Positions 13,010 to 25,846 of a DNA stretch of 64,000 nucleotides are shown here, piece after piece. The notes below the pieces were generated by a model. It ran no database searches, had not been told where the DNA came from, and was given only the letters and a program-made list of their open reading frames with translations. Made by a program: the position numbers and the translations under genes. Where the stretch lies: positions 136,958,001-137,022,000 of the forward strand of contig NC_042997.1 of NCBI RefSeq assembly GCF_006345805.1, in the 5' to 3' direction. Position 1 is the stretch's first letter. Every line of letters starts with the position of its first letter. This DNA is from Octopus sinensis (taxonomy: Eukaryota).

Positions 13010-15966
13010 TCAAGGGTGAATCGAAGTAAAGTAGATACCCCCGACAACGATGCTATCTCTGATACCCCTTATTCTGCTTGTTCCCTAATTCCTGCCCCTC
13101 AAACTTCACAGCTCAGCATTGTCTATACAAACTCATGCTCCTTATTTCCAAAGTTCAGCGAACTATTTACACTGGCCATGCGTGATTCCCCTAATGTGAT
13201 AGCTATCACCGAGACTTGGCTGACTCCAGCAGTAAAGGACTCGGAAATCAACCTACAGGGCTACACCCTCTTCAGATGTAACAGAGAAAAAAGGTGAGGT
13301 GGAGGTGTTGCTGTGTATGTTAAATCTGATCTCAAACCGTCCAGCTGTATTCTACCCACTAATGCTCAACCTACAACAAAATTCGATGCTGTCTATTGCA
13401 AGCTGAGCCTATCCGGGTTTTGCCTGCCCGTGATAGCTGTCTACAGACAGCCTCTTGCTGACCCCCAGGACGATGCTCATTAACTCGAAGCACTAAGATT
13501 CGTTTCATCTTCTCATGAATGTTTGATATTAGGTGACTTCAATGTTCCCACGATTGACTGGCCCGCATCAATTTGTACATCATCTTCCCGGTTCGACCAG
13601 GCCCTTCTTGATGTGGCTGAAGATTGTTTTCTATCGCAACATGTTGAATCTCCGACAAGGCATCGGTCTGGGCAGCAATCATCTATGCTGGATCTGGTAT
13701 TCTCCCGCTATCCAAGATAAGTGTCAGGCTTATCTGTGTGTGCCCCTCTTGCCAAGAGTGATCACATGGTCCTGAAGTTTGACATGCACACAACTTTTCC
13801 TATGCCCACGACTACTTCACTGCCATGTAGAGTTTTCTCTGCAATCAATCTTGAAATTGTAACCGAGGCTTCTGGACTGGTGATCCCTGATGATGATGTC
13901 CTCAGTTAACGAACTATGGTCGTCCCTCAAATCATATGTAATCTGGTTGACTGACCAAGCAGTTCCCGTTGGGCTTCCCAAGAAGAAAAAACAAGCCCTG
14001 GGTGATGCAGAAGGTCAAACAAAAACTTCGACTCAGAGATATTGCTTGGGCTGAATTCAAAAATCAAGATTTGACTGCAGCTTTTGAGGTGTACAAAACT
14101 TAACAAGACCGAGCTGTGAAAATTGAAAAGGAAGAACGCTTCAGATATGAATATAGAATCGCGGCAAACGCCAGTCGCAATCCAAAAACCTTCTTGCCCA
14201 GGTCCAACAAAATTCCCGCTTGAACAACCAAATTGCAACGTTGATAGACTCAACAGGCGTATCGATTGAGGACCCTTATCAGCAGAGTCAGTCATTTGCC
14301 GAGGCTTTTTCGACAATTTTCAAACAAGATGATGGTCGTGAACCCCCTCCATTTGATAGATCGGTTCCTCCAATGCCTAGATTGGTCATCACTCGTGATG
14401 AAGTTGAATGCGTTTTTCAAGGCCTCGATGTCAACAAGGGTCACGGCCCTGACGGCATACACCCACAGGTTATCAAAGCGTTGGCTCGGTCATCTGCGAA
14501 CCTTTAACGCTTCTATTCAATGTCATTGGCGACAGATGTTGTACTTGCGGACTGGAGAAAAGCAATAATCTGCCCGATTTTTAAGAAAGGGAGCTGCAAA
14601 GACCCACTTAACTACCGACCAATTTCCCTTACTTCAATAATCAACAAGATGTTCAAAGCCATCCTCAAAAGTATGTTGCTCCACCTCCAAAACACAGCCT
14701 CTATCTCTGATTCCCAACACGGCTTCGTGCCGAAGAGATCATGCTTGACCAACTTACTGGTAATGGAAGAATTGGTGACGCGTATCCTGGATGATGGTGA
14801 TGCTGTTGACATCATTTTATTGGACTTTGCCAAAGTTTCTGATTCGGTTAACCACCGCCTATTACTTGTCAAGCTTCAAGCATATCATTTCCATCCTGAT
14901 ATTGTACAATGGGTTGGTGCCTTCCTCTCAGATCGCTCCTTCCAAGTCCAAGTTAATGGTTCGCTGTTCGACATCTCCAGTGCGAGCAGTGGTGTGCCTC
15001 AAGGTTCAGTGCTTTGGCCGTTATTGTTTTTAGTCTTCATCAGTGACTTGCCCGACGACCTCACACAACACACCCTTCTATTTGCCGACGATGTCAAACT
15101 GGTCGCTATTCGCAGTGATATAGATGAACTTCGTTGATGCCTCCACCAAGTTTGGAGATGGTCAAACGAATGGGACCTGTGTCTGAACGTGTCAAAGTGC
15201 TGTCATCTGCCAGTTGGCTCCTCTCCTGCAACTTAACTTGATTTCGAGCCGGGTCGTCTGCTGCTGGAGAAGACAGACTGAGTAAAGGACCTAGGTATCT
15301 TGATGGATTCTTCCTTTTCGCCTTTGGCCTAATGCGTCCATGCTGCCAACAAAGCACATGGAGTTCTGTTTTTGATTCGATGGTCATTCGGAATGCTCAC
15401 GGCAGCCATATTCCTACCGCTCTATGTCACACTGGTGAGACCCATATTGGAGTACGAGATTCAAGCCACTTCTTATCTCCTCAAAGACATACATCATCTT
15501 GAAAGAGTCCAGAAGCTGGCTACCTGCATGGTTCTTGGTCTCAAGAATTTGTCTTATGAAGAAAGGCTGAAGATGCACAACCTTTTTTCTCTTGAAAAAT
15601 GACGCCGCCGTGGTGATCTCATTCTCGCTCACAACATCATAAGCGGAAAGTGTAACCTCTTGAAAGAGCTGTTCTTCACTCCTGCTCCAGAGCATGGGCT
15701 GCAGGGTCACTCCAAAAAGCTCTATCTACAACAATTTGATCTCAATCGAAGGAGAGGGGCTTTCTCCATCCAGGTTGCGGATCTGTGGAATAAGCTGCCG
15801 GACGAGATAGTGAAGTTGCTGATGACCGCTCGGTTCAAAGTTTCTCTTGACCAGAAATGGCCAAACTCTTTGTATGACCATCCTCCCTGTACAAAACTCC
15901 CTGTCCCCCTACATGGCCTTGCTTTTGCTTTTTGAGCCAATCAAAATTAAATTAAAATTAAAAAAA
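13010..15966 (+). mobile_element. Decayed CR1/L2-group LINE ORF2 (second family)
   Basis: IAITETWLTP, ILGDFNVP, MLDLVFS, KSDH, NYRPISLTS, QHGFVPKRSCLTNLL, GVPQGSVLWPLLF, LFADDVK; A-rich 3' tail; many stops. Confidence 0.9.
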
Positions 15967-16444
15967 GTGTGCCACATATCTTAATAGGAATAAAATATAA
16001 AAAATAGGTTTGTTCTCTTTATAAATTGAGGATGTGTATTTTTGTAAATTGTTTTACTAAATTATAAAGTTTGTTGATGGCAAAGCTTCAAGAAAGTTAA
16101 CTACTAAAAATCATTTGTGTTTTTGGGTTTGAGAAAGCAGGGCTGATTTGGTGCTAAGCATCATCATCAAGTGTACAAAGAGACTAATGATTGTCTGCAT
16201 TCGCAAAAATCAGTTTATGAAATAAACCGTATCTCTTACTCATAAGCTATTGATTTATCTTCTTACCATCCACTTTATCAGATAGTTTGAAGTGGATTTT
16301 CTATGACTTTATTCCCTTATTGCCAAACTTCACCTGTTTCCAGATAAGTTAATATTTCCTCATGGCCTGACATGTTTTTGCAGAATATTGGAAAAGAATG
16401 CCACTGCTAGTATGACTGACATTCATTTACATCTATCACGATAT

Positions 16445-16605
16445 ATGTGCATGGAAAAGACACCCAGTACACTTCGTAAAATGGTTGGTGTTAGGAAGGG
16501 CATCCAGCTATAGAAACCAAGCCAAAATAGATGCCTGGAGTAGCTCTCTGGTCAAACCATCTAACCTATGCCAGCATGGAAAGCAGACATTAAATGATGA
16601 TGATA
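16445..16605 (+). mobile_element. RTE 3'-tail fragment
   Basis: ggttggtgttaggaagggcatccagct...ccagcatggaaagcagacattaaatgatgatgat. Confidence 0.75.
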
Positions 16606-16639
16606 TACACACATGAAAGGTTTATTTTTTAATTGCCCT

Positions 16640-16770
16640 CTATCAAATCCACACACAGCTTTGGTTGGCCTCTAGCTGCATAGGAGACACTTGCCAAGTT
16701 GCCACACAGTTGGACAGAAGTTAAAACCATGTGGTTTGGAAGCCAACTTAACCACACAGCCAAGCCTGTA
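16640..16770 (-). mobile_element. Degenerate SINE family A head
   Basis: Reverse complement resembles ggctgtgtggtaag...accacatggtt...ggcaagtgtc. Confidence 0.55.
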
Positions 16771-16959
16771 ATTTAGTAAAGAGAAAAATGCTTTGTATTT
16801 CTACATAAAGCATGGCAAGAAACATTTATTTCAAGGAAGTTGAATTTGAAAGCAAGTTTTGTAATTGAAACTTTGCATTCACAAATGTTTATGTTGCCTT
16901 GCAAACAACTTGCACATGCAAGTGCTACCAGTCAAAAACTCCACATACTGGAAACCAGC

Positions 16960-17800
16960 AAGGTATGGGGTCATCAGGAGAGAATGTGCACCATTTTGGG
17001 GCCTACCTCTCGAAGGCAGCAATCCGCACCAGCCCCCCTCACTGATATGAGGCCCCGCTTGCTAGATCAGCTGGTTATCAAATAAAGCTCAATATTCGTC
17101 TAGCCATCGCTCATTGTCTCTTTTTAACCAAATCCAGAGGACAAACAAGGACAGACAAACGGATTAAGTCGATTATATCGACCCCAGTGCGTAACTGGTA
17201 CTTATTTAATTGACCCCGAAAGGATGAAAGGCAAAGTCGACCTCGGCGGAATTTGAACTCAGGATGTAACGGCAGATGAAATACGGCTACGCATTTCGCC
17301 TGGTGTGCTAACGTTTCTGCCTTACACTAATCCTCTACTACAGTTTCCTTGTGCCACAATTGTCGGAGTAGGACGAAGAGCTTCTTTTGCAGACAATTGC
17401 AATATTTATAGACTTTATATGAGATGCCATCACCTCCTGGGGCACTCTTGCTCTAGCTTTTCTTACGAAATCATTCACCTCTCTCCCTGATGTCCCCAAT
17501 CTGGAATTCGATATCAGGTCCTGAGAGATGATTTAGTGGCTGGTTATGGTGCGGATCGCTGTAGGTTTCTTTGATACGAGCGTCCAAATCTTCTTTTGTG
17601 CATGATAAAGAACCACTCTTCGGTTCAGTGAACAGCTTCTTAGTAAACCTGTACGGGTCCTTCAGAAACTGCCCCTGAGTCCTTTTACCCTCCTTTTGAC
17701 GCTCATATTGGCAGATATGTCGTTACACATAACGACATTTCCTTTTCAAATCGTTATACAGCAGCGCGAGGCCAGGTTTCTCATCCTGTGAGGTATTGCG
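16960..17800 (-). mobile_element. HERO/NeSL-like (restriction-like endonuclease) non-LTR fragment, internally deleted
   Basis: My translation of 17800-17325 gives QFLKDPYRFTKKLFTEPKSGSL...TYSDP...FVRKARARSAPGGDGISYKVYKYC...LLRQLW. The ORF end LKRDNERWLDEY* lies near 17130-17095, followed by a 3' UTR. Confidence 0.65.
17136..17321 (-). mobile_element. tRNA-derived SINE, family B (Nin-domain-like)
   Basis: Reverse complement: ggcagaaacgttagc...gagttcaaattccgccgaggtcgactttgcctttcatcctttcggggtcaattaaataagtaccag. Confidence 0.8.
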
Positions 17801-17861
17801 TTATATACAAATAGAAAGCATTTCTCTTAAGAAGGTAATTTATTTATGAAATAACTTTGTA

Positions 17862-18240
17862 TTAGCTCATCCCATAAATAATGTGGTTTTTATATACTTT
17901 TTATTTTTCAAAATTAAGATTAAAGTTCTTTTTTAATCTAAAATATACTCTCCATTTTCTACGAGGCTCTTCCATCTATCTGGTAGATCTGCAAGGCCTC
18001 TCTTCCAAAATTCACTTGTCCATGATGAAAAATTGTCCTCCAGTACTGTTCTGATCTCATCTACAGAATTCATATTTTTTCTGTTCAAATTATTTTGAAG
18101 ACTGTGGAATAAATAATAATTAGATGGGGCAATGTCTGGCAAATATGGTGGGTGGAGCATCATTTCCCTGAGCATTATCCTGATGGAAGAACACCTTTCG
18201 TCTTGAAACAAAAGATGGTTGTTTTTCTTCCTAGTGCTGG
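17862..18240 (-). mobile_element. Mariner 3' fragment
   Basis: HPPYLPDIAPSNYYLF...DRWKSLVENGEYILD*; mariner-type TIR after TA at ~17860. Confidence 0.85.
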
Positions 18241-18782
18241 TGTCAATGAATGGTTGAAATGACCAAATCCAAGCTAGTTCCTCAACAGTTATGATGAGAT
18301 TTGAAAGATGTCCTCATCAGGCTCTACAGATCTTCCAGGACTAGGCTCTAGTTTCCGGCTCGGAATTTCTGGAACCACTGTTGACACTGGGGTTAATGTA
18401 ATCAACTTACCCTCTCTCTGAACTTGCTGGCCTTGTGCCAACATTTGGAATCAATATTAAGTCCTGACTCACTGTATTCTCAGATGAATTCCCCTCTCTT
18501 TTTTTTTTTCACTAAGTGTTAATAAAATAGAGTACTGGTTAAGTTTTGGGATGAAATTGACTATGCACCTTTCTACAAAATTTGTAACCTGCCTTTGTAA
18601 GAAATCAATATATTTCAAAATAATTTGCTCTCCTATGAAAGGTTCTTCTGTACATTACTGCTACTATAACTATTACCTCCACTTCAATATTACAAATATT
18701 TTTTTTCCATAAAAATGTTTCTGATTTAAGCACAAAGCTAGCAACTTTTAAAGAAACAATGTGAGTTGACATTGCCTCCTAC

Positions 18783-19075
18783 TATCAGGCTGAGTAAAAA
18801 GTAACATTTTGAAACATGAAATTCATCATAATATATTTCAACAATGCAGAAATTTTATTCATCAAAGTAAGTACCATTACAATCAACACATTTTTTCCAA
18901 TGAGTTACAAGTTTGTTTATTCCGGTAACATAAAAATCTGGAGTTCTGGAGCTGATGAACTCTTTGAACACACTTTCAGCATTGGTTTGATTTTTGAACC
19001 CCTTTTCTTGCATGAACCCAAGGTGCTTGAAAATGTAGTAGTCAGTAGGAGAAAGGTCTGTGGAATAAAAAAAAA
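18783..19075 (-). mobile_element. Mariner 3' fragment (Hsmar1/cecropia-like)
   Basis: YSTDLSPTDYYIFKHL...FYVTGINKLVTHWKKCVDCNGTYFDE*; TIR tatcaggctgagtaaaaagtaac. Confidence 0.85.
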
Positions 19076-19344
19076 TCTGCAAAGTGTGTTGCAGACTCTC
19101 TTCATTTTTTTCAGAAAAACCCTTACAGTAAACTGAAAATACAGTGGAATTTGATTTAACCTCTCCTTTATGCTTGAGACTGGCTGCAGGTTTTATAAGG
19201 CGTGCTGAGTATTTTTATTCAAGAATTATATTTTTAAGGTGCTTCATATCTCTCATGAGAGCTGATATCTTGGGCCATACTGTTTTTATCGTATGTAATA
19301 ATTTGAACATTCCTTTCTTAATACTGCATGGTTGGGGAGATTCA

Positions 19345-19905
19345 TGATATAAGTAATTCAGTAACAGTTGGTTTCCAATACACTAATGTTCTGACATTTA
19401 CATCTGTCCTGTGCAAAGAATGGTGTCTGGTTGTTACTTTCTTTCTCCAGGATAAACTGAATTGATAAATGTAGTGATTTCATATGGTCTAACAAATGTC
19501 CTCTTAATGGTATCAAGACATCTCATCCATGTGAGTTTCCATGTTGAACATTCTTCATAATTTGAAGTATTTCATGGAGCTATTAGCCACTCCTGATGAC
19601 AATTGTGAACCTATAAACATCCTTCCAACCTGCTAGATTTTATTTTTGTTCTGAAGTACAATGTTAGCATCTTTAAAATGTTTATCAGTTGATACATTTG
19701 TGGATCCACAGAGACTAGTCTGATACTGACAACTGACAATGCCTCATCTGTTGGAACCATTGTAAAGAGACTCACAACATCAAAGCTGATCATTTGACAG
19801 GGCATGATTAGTATACTTTGTTCTATGAAGTGTACTGAATTTTCCACAAAAAGATGTTCAGCCACAAGGAATTTTATCAAGGATGTTAATCAGGAAATGA
19901 CTCAG
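19345..19905 (-). mobile_element. Penelope-like RT fragment
   Basis: MISFDVVSLFTMVPTDEAL (PLE SFDVxSLFT motif) and a degenerate W.RYVDD-like WMRCLDTI. Confidence 0.7.
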
Positions 19906-20729
19906 ATGATGATGACTCATAAATATGTAATCTTTAAGGAAGTTGTATATATTTTATAGCTTACTATGATATTTCATAAGTTGTGTGTAATGATAGTTAG
20001 CAAGACTGTTCTTGTTGACTACTGCTATCTTCTGTAGGACTGACAATTTGTATTGTGTCAATGTTATTTGGCTTTCTGTAACATTTTTATTACATACATA
20101 AGAATCTTCAATTATCAATATATTCTAATCTTTCCTTGGCCACTGTATGATTATTGTCTACAAGTAGAATTATATTACTTGCTTATATCATGTTTATTAT
20201 GACATTTTCTAAACATATATCCACTTAGGAAACTAAGTGGCCTTCATCAATACATTTCAAGTTCTCCATCTTCATTCTTTTTTTTTTTTTTTTTGCAATT
20301 TTGTTACTTTGATTAGCTTTTTAATTAATTTACAAGGTCTAAGAAAGAAATCTGCTTGGTGGTAGGTGCAAGCTATAGCCCTTTGTTCAGCATTGATTTT
20401 CTTAACTTTCTTTCACAAAGAAAATAACTAGCATCATCATCAACAAGGCACACACATGCATGGAGACACACGTTGCCAAATGACAATGACTTTATTGTGG
20501 ATCATGACCTCACAGACATGCCAGGAAGCATTCTGGTGGATTTCAGCACACACACAAAGATTATAGCTCTGGTTCTTGAAACGAGGAGGGAACAATGCTC
20601 TTGTGGTTCTGTGAAGCAAAGAACTTATGGATCTGCAACACTAACCACACATACACACACGTGTGTGTTTAATTATTTTTTTATAAAGCCAAAACAATAC
20701 AAGTTATAAAAAATACAGGTTAATGATCA

Positions 20730-21407
20730 TTACCTTTTCCTTGTATGTCAATATTTCAAGGTTAGGACCCCTTTTTCAGGATGTCTTTGGAGAAATGGTG
20801 TGGTGAGCTGACTTTTCTGCTTTGTTGTGTATGAAGGGTTGCTTTGCATTGTTATAGCAGCAAATCAAATGTATTCAGTTTGGTTCTGTTGCTAATATGC
20901 GGGCTGGTCTTGCTAATTAAGTTGGTTTCTTTTATTCTCAAGTTCCCAGTGTTTCTTTCTGTAGATTCAATGGAAACTTGGATGTCTTGAGTGTAGCATT
21001 TCTGTAGATGTTTTTTGATGGAAGACGCATTAGCATAGAGGTGTTCTTTAATCTGCATGTTTATTTGTTTGATGATACTTCTGATGTAGAATTCATTACA
21101 TTCACTACTCATGATTTTATACACCACATAAGACTGCAGACATAAACTTTCACCCATTGATTGGGCCGTTGGCCAATGTACATATGGCATTGTTTTGTCG
21201 TGGCTTGTTTTTGTTAGAAACCACCTCTGAGAAGGTTCAGGGTGTCTCAGTTAAACATTCAATCCCTTCCTCCAGATGGTTTGCAGCAATTGTTTTTGTG
21301 TTAAAATGTAACAGTTTCAGAACACACTTTATCCTTGGGTGTATAAGTTTTGATAGTCTGGTGATATTCTGTCATTTAGTGAAAGAGAATGGATAGCCAT
21401 TCTCCAT
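20730..21407 (-). mobile_element. Penelope-like 3' fragment: linker, GIY-YIG endonuclease and pseudo-LTR
   Basis: VVYKIMSSECNEFYIRSIIKQINMQIKEH; a CpG-decayed hammerhead-like motif lies about 75 nt after the stop. Confidence 0.8.
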
Positions 21408-21462
21408 CCAACCCATGCTAGCATGGAAAGCGGACGCTAAATGATGATGATGATGATGATGA
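21408..21462 (+). mobile_element. Very short RTE 3' tail
   Basis: caacccatgctagcatggaaagcggacgctaa(atg)n. Confidence 0.75.
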
Positions 21463-21552
21463 TTAATACACTTTCCTATACTGTGTCAGGGAACTTTCGC
21501 ACACACATATATATTTAAATATATATCTGCGCACTCTGGGTGCACTCCGGCG

Positions 21553-21637
21553 TATCCACTTATACTTACTATATTAGGTTTATCTTTGTGCCCTCCTTAA
21601 TTTGTATTCCATTTTACTTATCTATTTATCTATACAT

Positions 21638-21674
<37 letters not shown>

Positions 21675-21986
21675 TATTTATTTATTTAATTATTTATTTT
21701 TGTTTATTTGGCACTTACTAATCTATAATTAATTTAATTTATAATTAATAAACTTATTCTAAATTAATAGTAACCTCTATCCACTTATACTTACTATATT
21801 AGGTTTATCTTTGTGCCCTCCTTAATTTGTATTCCATTTTATTTATCTATTTATCTATACATGGATATATATATATATATTCATATTTATTTATTTAATT
21901 ATTTATTTTTGTTTATTTGGCACTTACTAATCTATAATTAATTTCATTTATAATTAATAAACTTATTCTAAATTAATAGTAACCTC
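21553..21986. repeat. Near-perfect tandem duplication (~225 and ~209 bp)
   Basis: tatccacttatacttactatattagg...aaattaatagtaacctc occurs twice; copies differ mainly in (TA)n length. Confidence 0.9.
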
Positions 21987-22158
21987 TGTAGGTGTGTGAA
22001 AATGTGTATGTGTACGTATGTATGTTTTTGTACATATAGGTATGATCGTGGGTGGATGTACGGATGTATGTTTTTATTACACATTTGAGCACGCAGGTGC
22101 ATACTTAGATATGTATATATGTATATGCAGGGTTGCATTTACAACCCCTATCTCAATT

Positions 22159-22201
<43 letters not shown>

Positions 22202-22237
22202 CCTTCAGGGTGAACCGGTAGCCATGGAACTAGTCAC

Positions 22238-25230
22238 TGTAGTTAAGTGGTGTGAACCAAATCCTGCCTCATTCCAGCATAGTGTAGCATCGACACGTGA
22301 TGACAGCTAGGGAGAGTTGTGAGAATGCGTCCATTCTATTCGACTGTCAGCTTCGAGAGAGCACAATACATGAGAAGTTTTGCTGCTACTAGTTCTCTGC
22401 ATTTGTGCATGAGGGATCTTCTGGCAGGCCTCCCAGAAGAATCCAACTCTGCACATGCATGCTGAAGACTTCCAAAATGGTGTCACTACAAGGCTCCCCA
22501 TCGAGTACGAAAGATTGTAGTGGATCCAGAAAACAAGATGGCTACTGATCACCCAGATGTGGCACACAATATGACAGAAATAACTGTGAATGCAAAAAAA
22601 AATAATAATAACATGCACAAAGTTGGTTTTTTTTCTTAACAAAATGTCCAAGAGTAAAAACATGAAATTGATCAGGAGAAAAAGAGAATGCCAAATACAA
22701 ATTGTTTTTGAAAGTTTCTTGGGCCAGTGAACAGTTCTGCCTGATCTAGTAACATACGGTTTGCCCAGGGCACTTTTCGATGATGAAGGTGGCATTATAG
22801 GCGTTGGTAGGGGCAAAGGTGTCTCTGTAGGTGAATGTGTTGTCAAAAGTGCATAGGTGGGTGTGGCAGCAGTGTCATCAAAAGATGTAGACACCTCAAA
22901 ATGTGCTTTTTTTAGTCAGTCCACAAAAACGGTCTCTGTACGACCATTTACCTCGATGGGGAAAACTTTGGGTGTGTGAGAAAGTACACAGAAAGGTCCT
23001 TTATAAAGAGAAACAAGAGGTCCCTTGACAGAGTCGTCTCGAACAAAAACATGCGACCAAGAGTCCATATCCGGTGGGACATGAGAGGGTGGAGATTGTT
23101 CCCTGGAAACCATGGGTGGAAGATTTGAAAAATAAGTACGAAGTCTGGCGACATAATACGCCGGATCAGGGAGCTGTAAAGTGTCTGGCACCAACATCGT
23201 ACTAGGCAATGCCAGTGTGGTACCACATAGTAGCTCTGCAGAAGAAAAACTCAGGTCTGTCTTGACAGCAGCACGACAACCAAGAAGCACAATTGGCAGA
23301 AATTCAGTCCAAGACTGTGGATCTGCAGAGGCATGAAGAGCAGCCTTGAGCTGTCTATGGAACCGTTCAACTAATCCATTGGAAGCTGAATAATAACTGG
23401 TAGTGTGAATGTGATGCACACCTAGAATACATGACAATTCACCAAATAACGAAGCTTCAAACTGACGTCCACGATCAGTGGTTAATCTGGACGGAACTCC
23501 GAAACGAGAAATCCAGTTAGAAACAAAAGCTCGAGCAACAGACTCAGCAGAAATATCTGCTATTGGAATGGCTTCGGGCCAGCGGGAGAAGCGATCGACA
23601 CTGGTTAAAAGATAAGAAAACCCGCGACTCATAGGCCGCGGTCCAACCAAATCAATGTGCACTTGACGAAAACGGGCCTCCATAGGAGGAAAATGTCCAA
23701 GCGGGGCACAAACGTGCCATTGAATCTTGGACCGTTGGCACTTGGAGCAAATGCATGTCCAAGAGGTAATAGTGTGATGCATATTCAGCCAGGAAAAACG
23801 ACCAGTGATAAGTTTAAGAGTAGCAGCGATGTCAGGATGTGATAAGGAGTGCAGTGCCTCAAACACTGAGTGTTGATGATTCTCAGGCATGAGTGGCCTG
23901 GGAGAGCCAGTGGAAGTATTACAGAGAATAGTACCTTCAGCTGACAGAAGCGGAAGATAGGCAAACTGGCAACAGGAGAACTTAGGTGAAGTTAAGTCTA
24001 ATGTTGCCAATGGTGGCTGCTCCTGCAAAATAGCAGTTAAGTCAATCGCAGCAGGAGACGAAAGAGAGCAGACTGGAAGGTGAGAGAGAGCGTCAGCAGG
24101 AACGTTCTCTTTTCTAGGTATATGACGAATGTCACTGGTAAATTGTGAAGTAAAATCCAAGTGACAGAAAGCACGAGGTGAGAGTTTGTCTGTTTTAGAA
24201 GACAGGGCAAACATAAGAGGCTTGTGATCAGTATAGATAGTAAAATCTCGACCTTCGAGTTGATGCTGGAAATGACGAACCGATAGATAGACTGCTAGGA
24301 GCTCACAATCAAAAGTGCTGTATCATTGCTCAGCTGGTAGCAGTTGGTGAGAAAAGAAGGCCAGAGGTCAAGTACAGTCGTCCACTGTGTGTTGCAACAC
24401 AGCGCCAATCACTGCATCCGATGCATCTACAGTTAAAGAGAGAGAAGCACCAGGAACCGGATGTGCAAGCAAAGAAACAGAAGCTAAATCCTTCTTGATG
24501 GACTCAAAAGCTGTCAGTGCCTCAACGGAGAGGGTGACTTGACCGTCCTTTCTAGGGGTGTCCTTTAATAGCTTGGTGAGAAGAAGTAGCTTATCTGCAC
24601 AACCAGGAATGAAATGTCTATAGAAATTGACCATCCCTAGATAATGCCTGAGCTGGCACAAAGAAGTAGGAGGTGCGATGTGTTGAATGGCATCGACCTT
24701 TGACAACAGAGTTCTGATTCCACTCGAATCAATATGATGACCTAGAAAATCCAGAGAAGATTGTCCGAAAACACACTTGTTGGGATTTATGCGTACACTA
24801 CAAGCGCGAAGACGCTGAAAGAGCTGAGGGATGTGCTGGAGATGATTTTCACAAGTGTCGCTTGCAATGAGTATATCATCAACATAAGCAAACACGAAAT
24901 CAAGACCGCGGACAACTTCATCAATGAAATGCTGGCAGATGCTGGTAGCGTTCCGCAAACCGAAACTCATGTATAAAAACTCAAAGCACCCAAAAGGGGT
25001 GTTAATAGCAGTTTTCAGAACATCGGCTGGGTTGATCAGAATTTGGTGATAAGCGCGTATAAGATCGACTTTTGAAAAAATGTTACAACTATGAAGATTC
25101 GCCGGAAAGTCCTGAAATATTTTTCTAGTCTTTATGATGCAGTCCTGGCAATGCGATAACAGTGTGATCTTCTGAAACTGAAGATGAAGCTTATAAGCGA
25201 TACGTTTCTTTTTACTCATGTCTAGCAAAG
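22238..25230 (-). mobile_element. 5'-truncated Ty3/Gypsy LTR retrotransposon (RT, RNase H, integrase, PPT, 3' LTR); CsRn1/Kabuki-like by inference
   Basis: FSKVDLIRAYHQI, MSFGLRNA, YVDDILIAS; integrase HHCC and DDE motifs; TRSGRTVHWP C-terminus; PPT-like gatggggagcc then TGTAGTGAC at 22490; LTR ends ACTACA at 22238. Confidence 0.9.
22916..24214 (-). CDS. Gypsy integrase ORF, 432 aa, open
   Basis: LHSLSHP...CSKC; [27 protein letters not shown]. Confidence 0.8.
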   Translation of the reverse strand: MFALSSKTDKLSPRAFCHLDFTSQFTSDIRHIPRKENVPADALSHLPVCSLSSPAAIDLTAILQEQPPLATLDLTSPKFSCCQFAYLPLLSAEGTILCNTSTGSPRPLMPENHQHSVFEALHSLSHPDIAATLKLITGRFSWLNMHHTITSWTCICSKCQRSKIQWHVCAPLGHFPPMEARFRQVHIDLVGPRPMSRGFSYLLTSVDRFSRWPEAIPIADISAESVARAFVSNWISRFGVPSRLTTDRGRQFEASLFGELSCILGVHHIHTTSYYSASNGLVERFHRQLKAALHASADPQSWTEFLPIVLLGCRAAVKTDLSFSSAELLCGTTLALPSTMLVPDTLQLPDPAYYVARLRTYFSNLPPMVSREQSPPSHVPPDMDSWSHVFVRDDSVKGPLVSLYKGPFCVLSHTPKVFPIEVNGRTETVFVD

Positions 25231-25589
25231 GACAACTAAAGATATACAAACCAACACACATACACACACACACTCGTATAGATAGGTACAACAGTTACTG
25301 GATCACAAGCTGAAAAAATTAATGCTGAGAAATGTAGGTAGCATGAATTTAAAGTTCAATACTTCATGTTATTATATGATAGGTAAGATATGATGATATA
25401 TATGTGCAACATGCTGTATTTTTAAACAAATTCTAGATAAGAGAATATAAAAATAGCACAAACTTATGTTGTCTTTGAAATGTAAATGTGTCATCCACTA
25501 GACTGAGGTCCAACAAAAACTGAATTGTATACTTAGTCATAGTCCATGCAAAGTGATCATCATACGAGTTTTTCCATCATGTTATACGT

Positions 25590-25832
25590 GTGTGTGTGTG
25601 TATCTTTTATCTTTTACTTGCTTCAATCATTAGACTGCAGCCATGCTGAAGCACCACCTTGAAGAATTTTCAGTTAAGTGAATCACCCCCAGTACTTTCT
25701 TTTATTTTTAAGCCTGGCACTTATTTTATCGATCTGTTTTGCTGAACCACAAAGTTATGGGGGATGTAAACACACCAACACCAGTTGTCAAACTATTGTG
25801 AAGGACAACACAGACACAAAGACACACACACA
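25590..25832 (-). mobile_element. SINE family A 3' half, diverged
   Basis: tatcttttacttgcttcaatca...gctgaaccac...gtaaacacacc...gacacaaagacacac. Confidence 0.7.
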
Positions 25833-25846
25833 CGTAGATAAGCATA

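Noticed and set aside
6131-15940. Many antisense and alternate-frame ORFs over LINEs
   Set aside because: They are shadows of TE coding sequence with no independent motifs.
17017-17555. 15-nt inverted match cagc(a/g)atccgcacca as a TIR
   Set aside because: One copy is within HERO-like coding sequence, with no TSD or terminal position; probably chance.
20105-20250. Perfect ccacttag-gaaa-ctaagtgg hairpin with adjacent ttgatgaaggcc on the - strand, as a hammerhead
   Set aside because: C3 is mutated and no GAAAC or stem III follows the stem; at most a PLE vestige.
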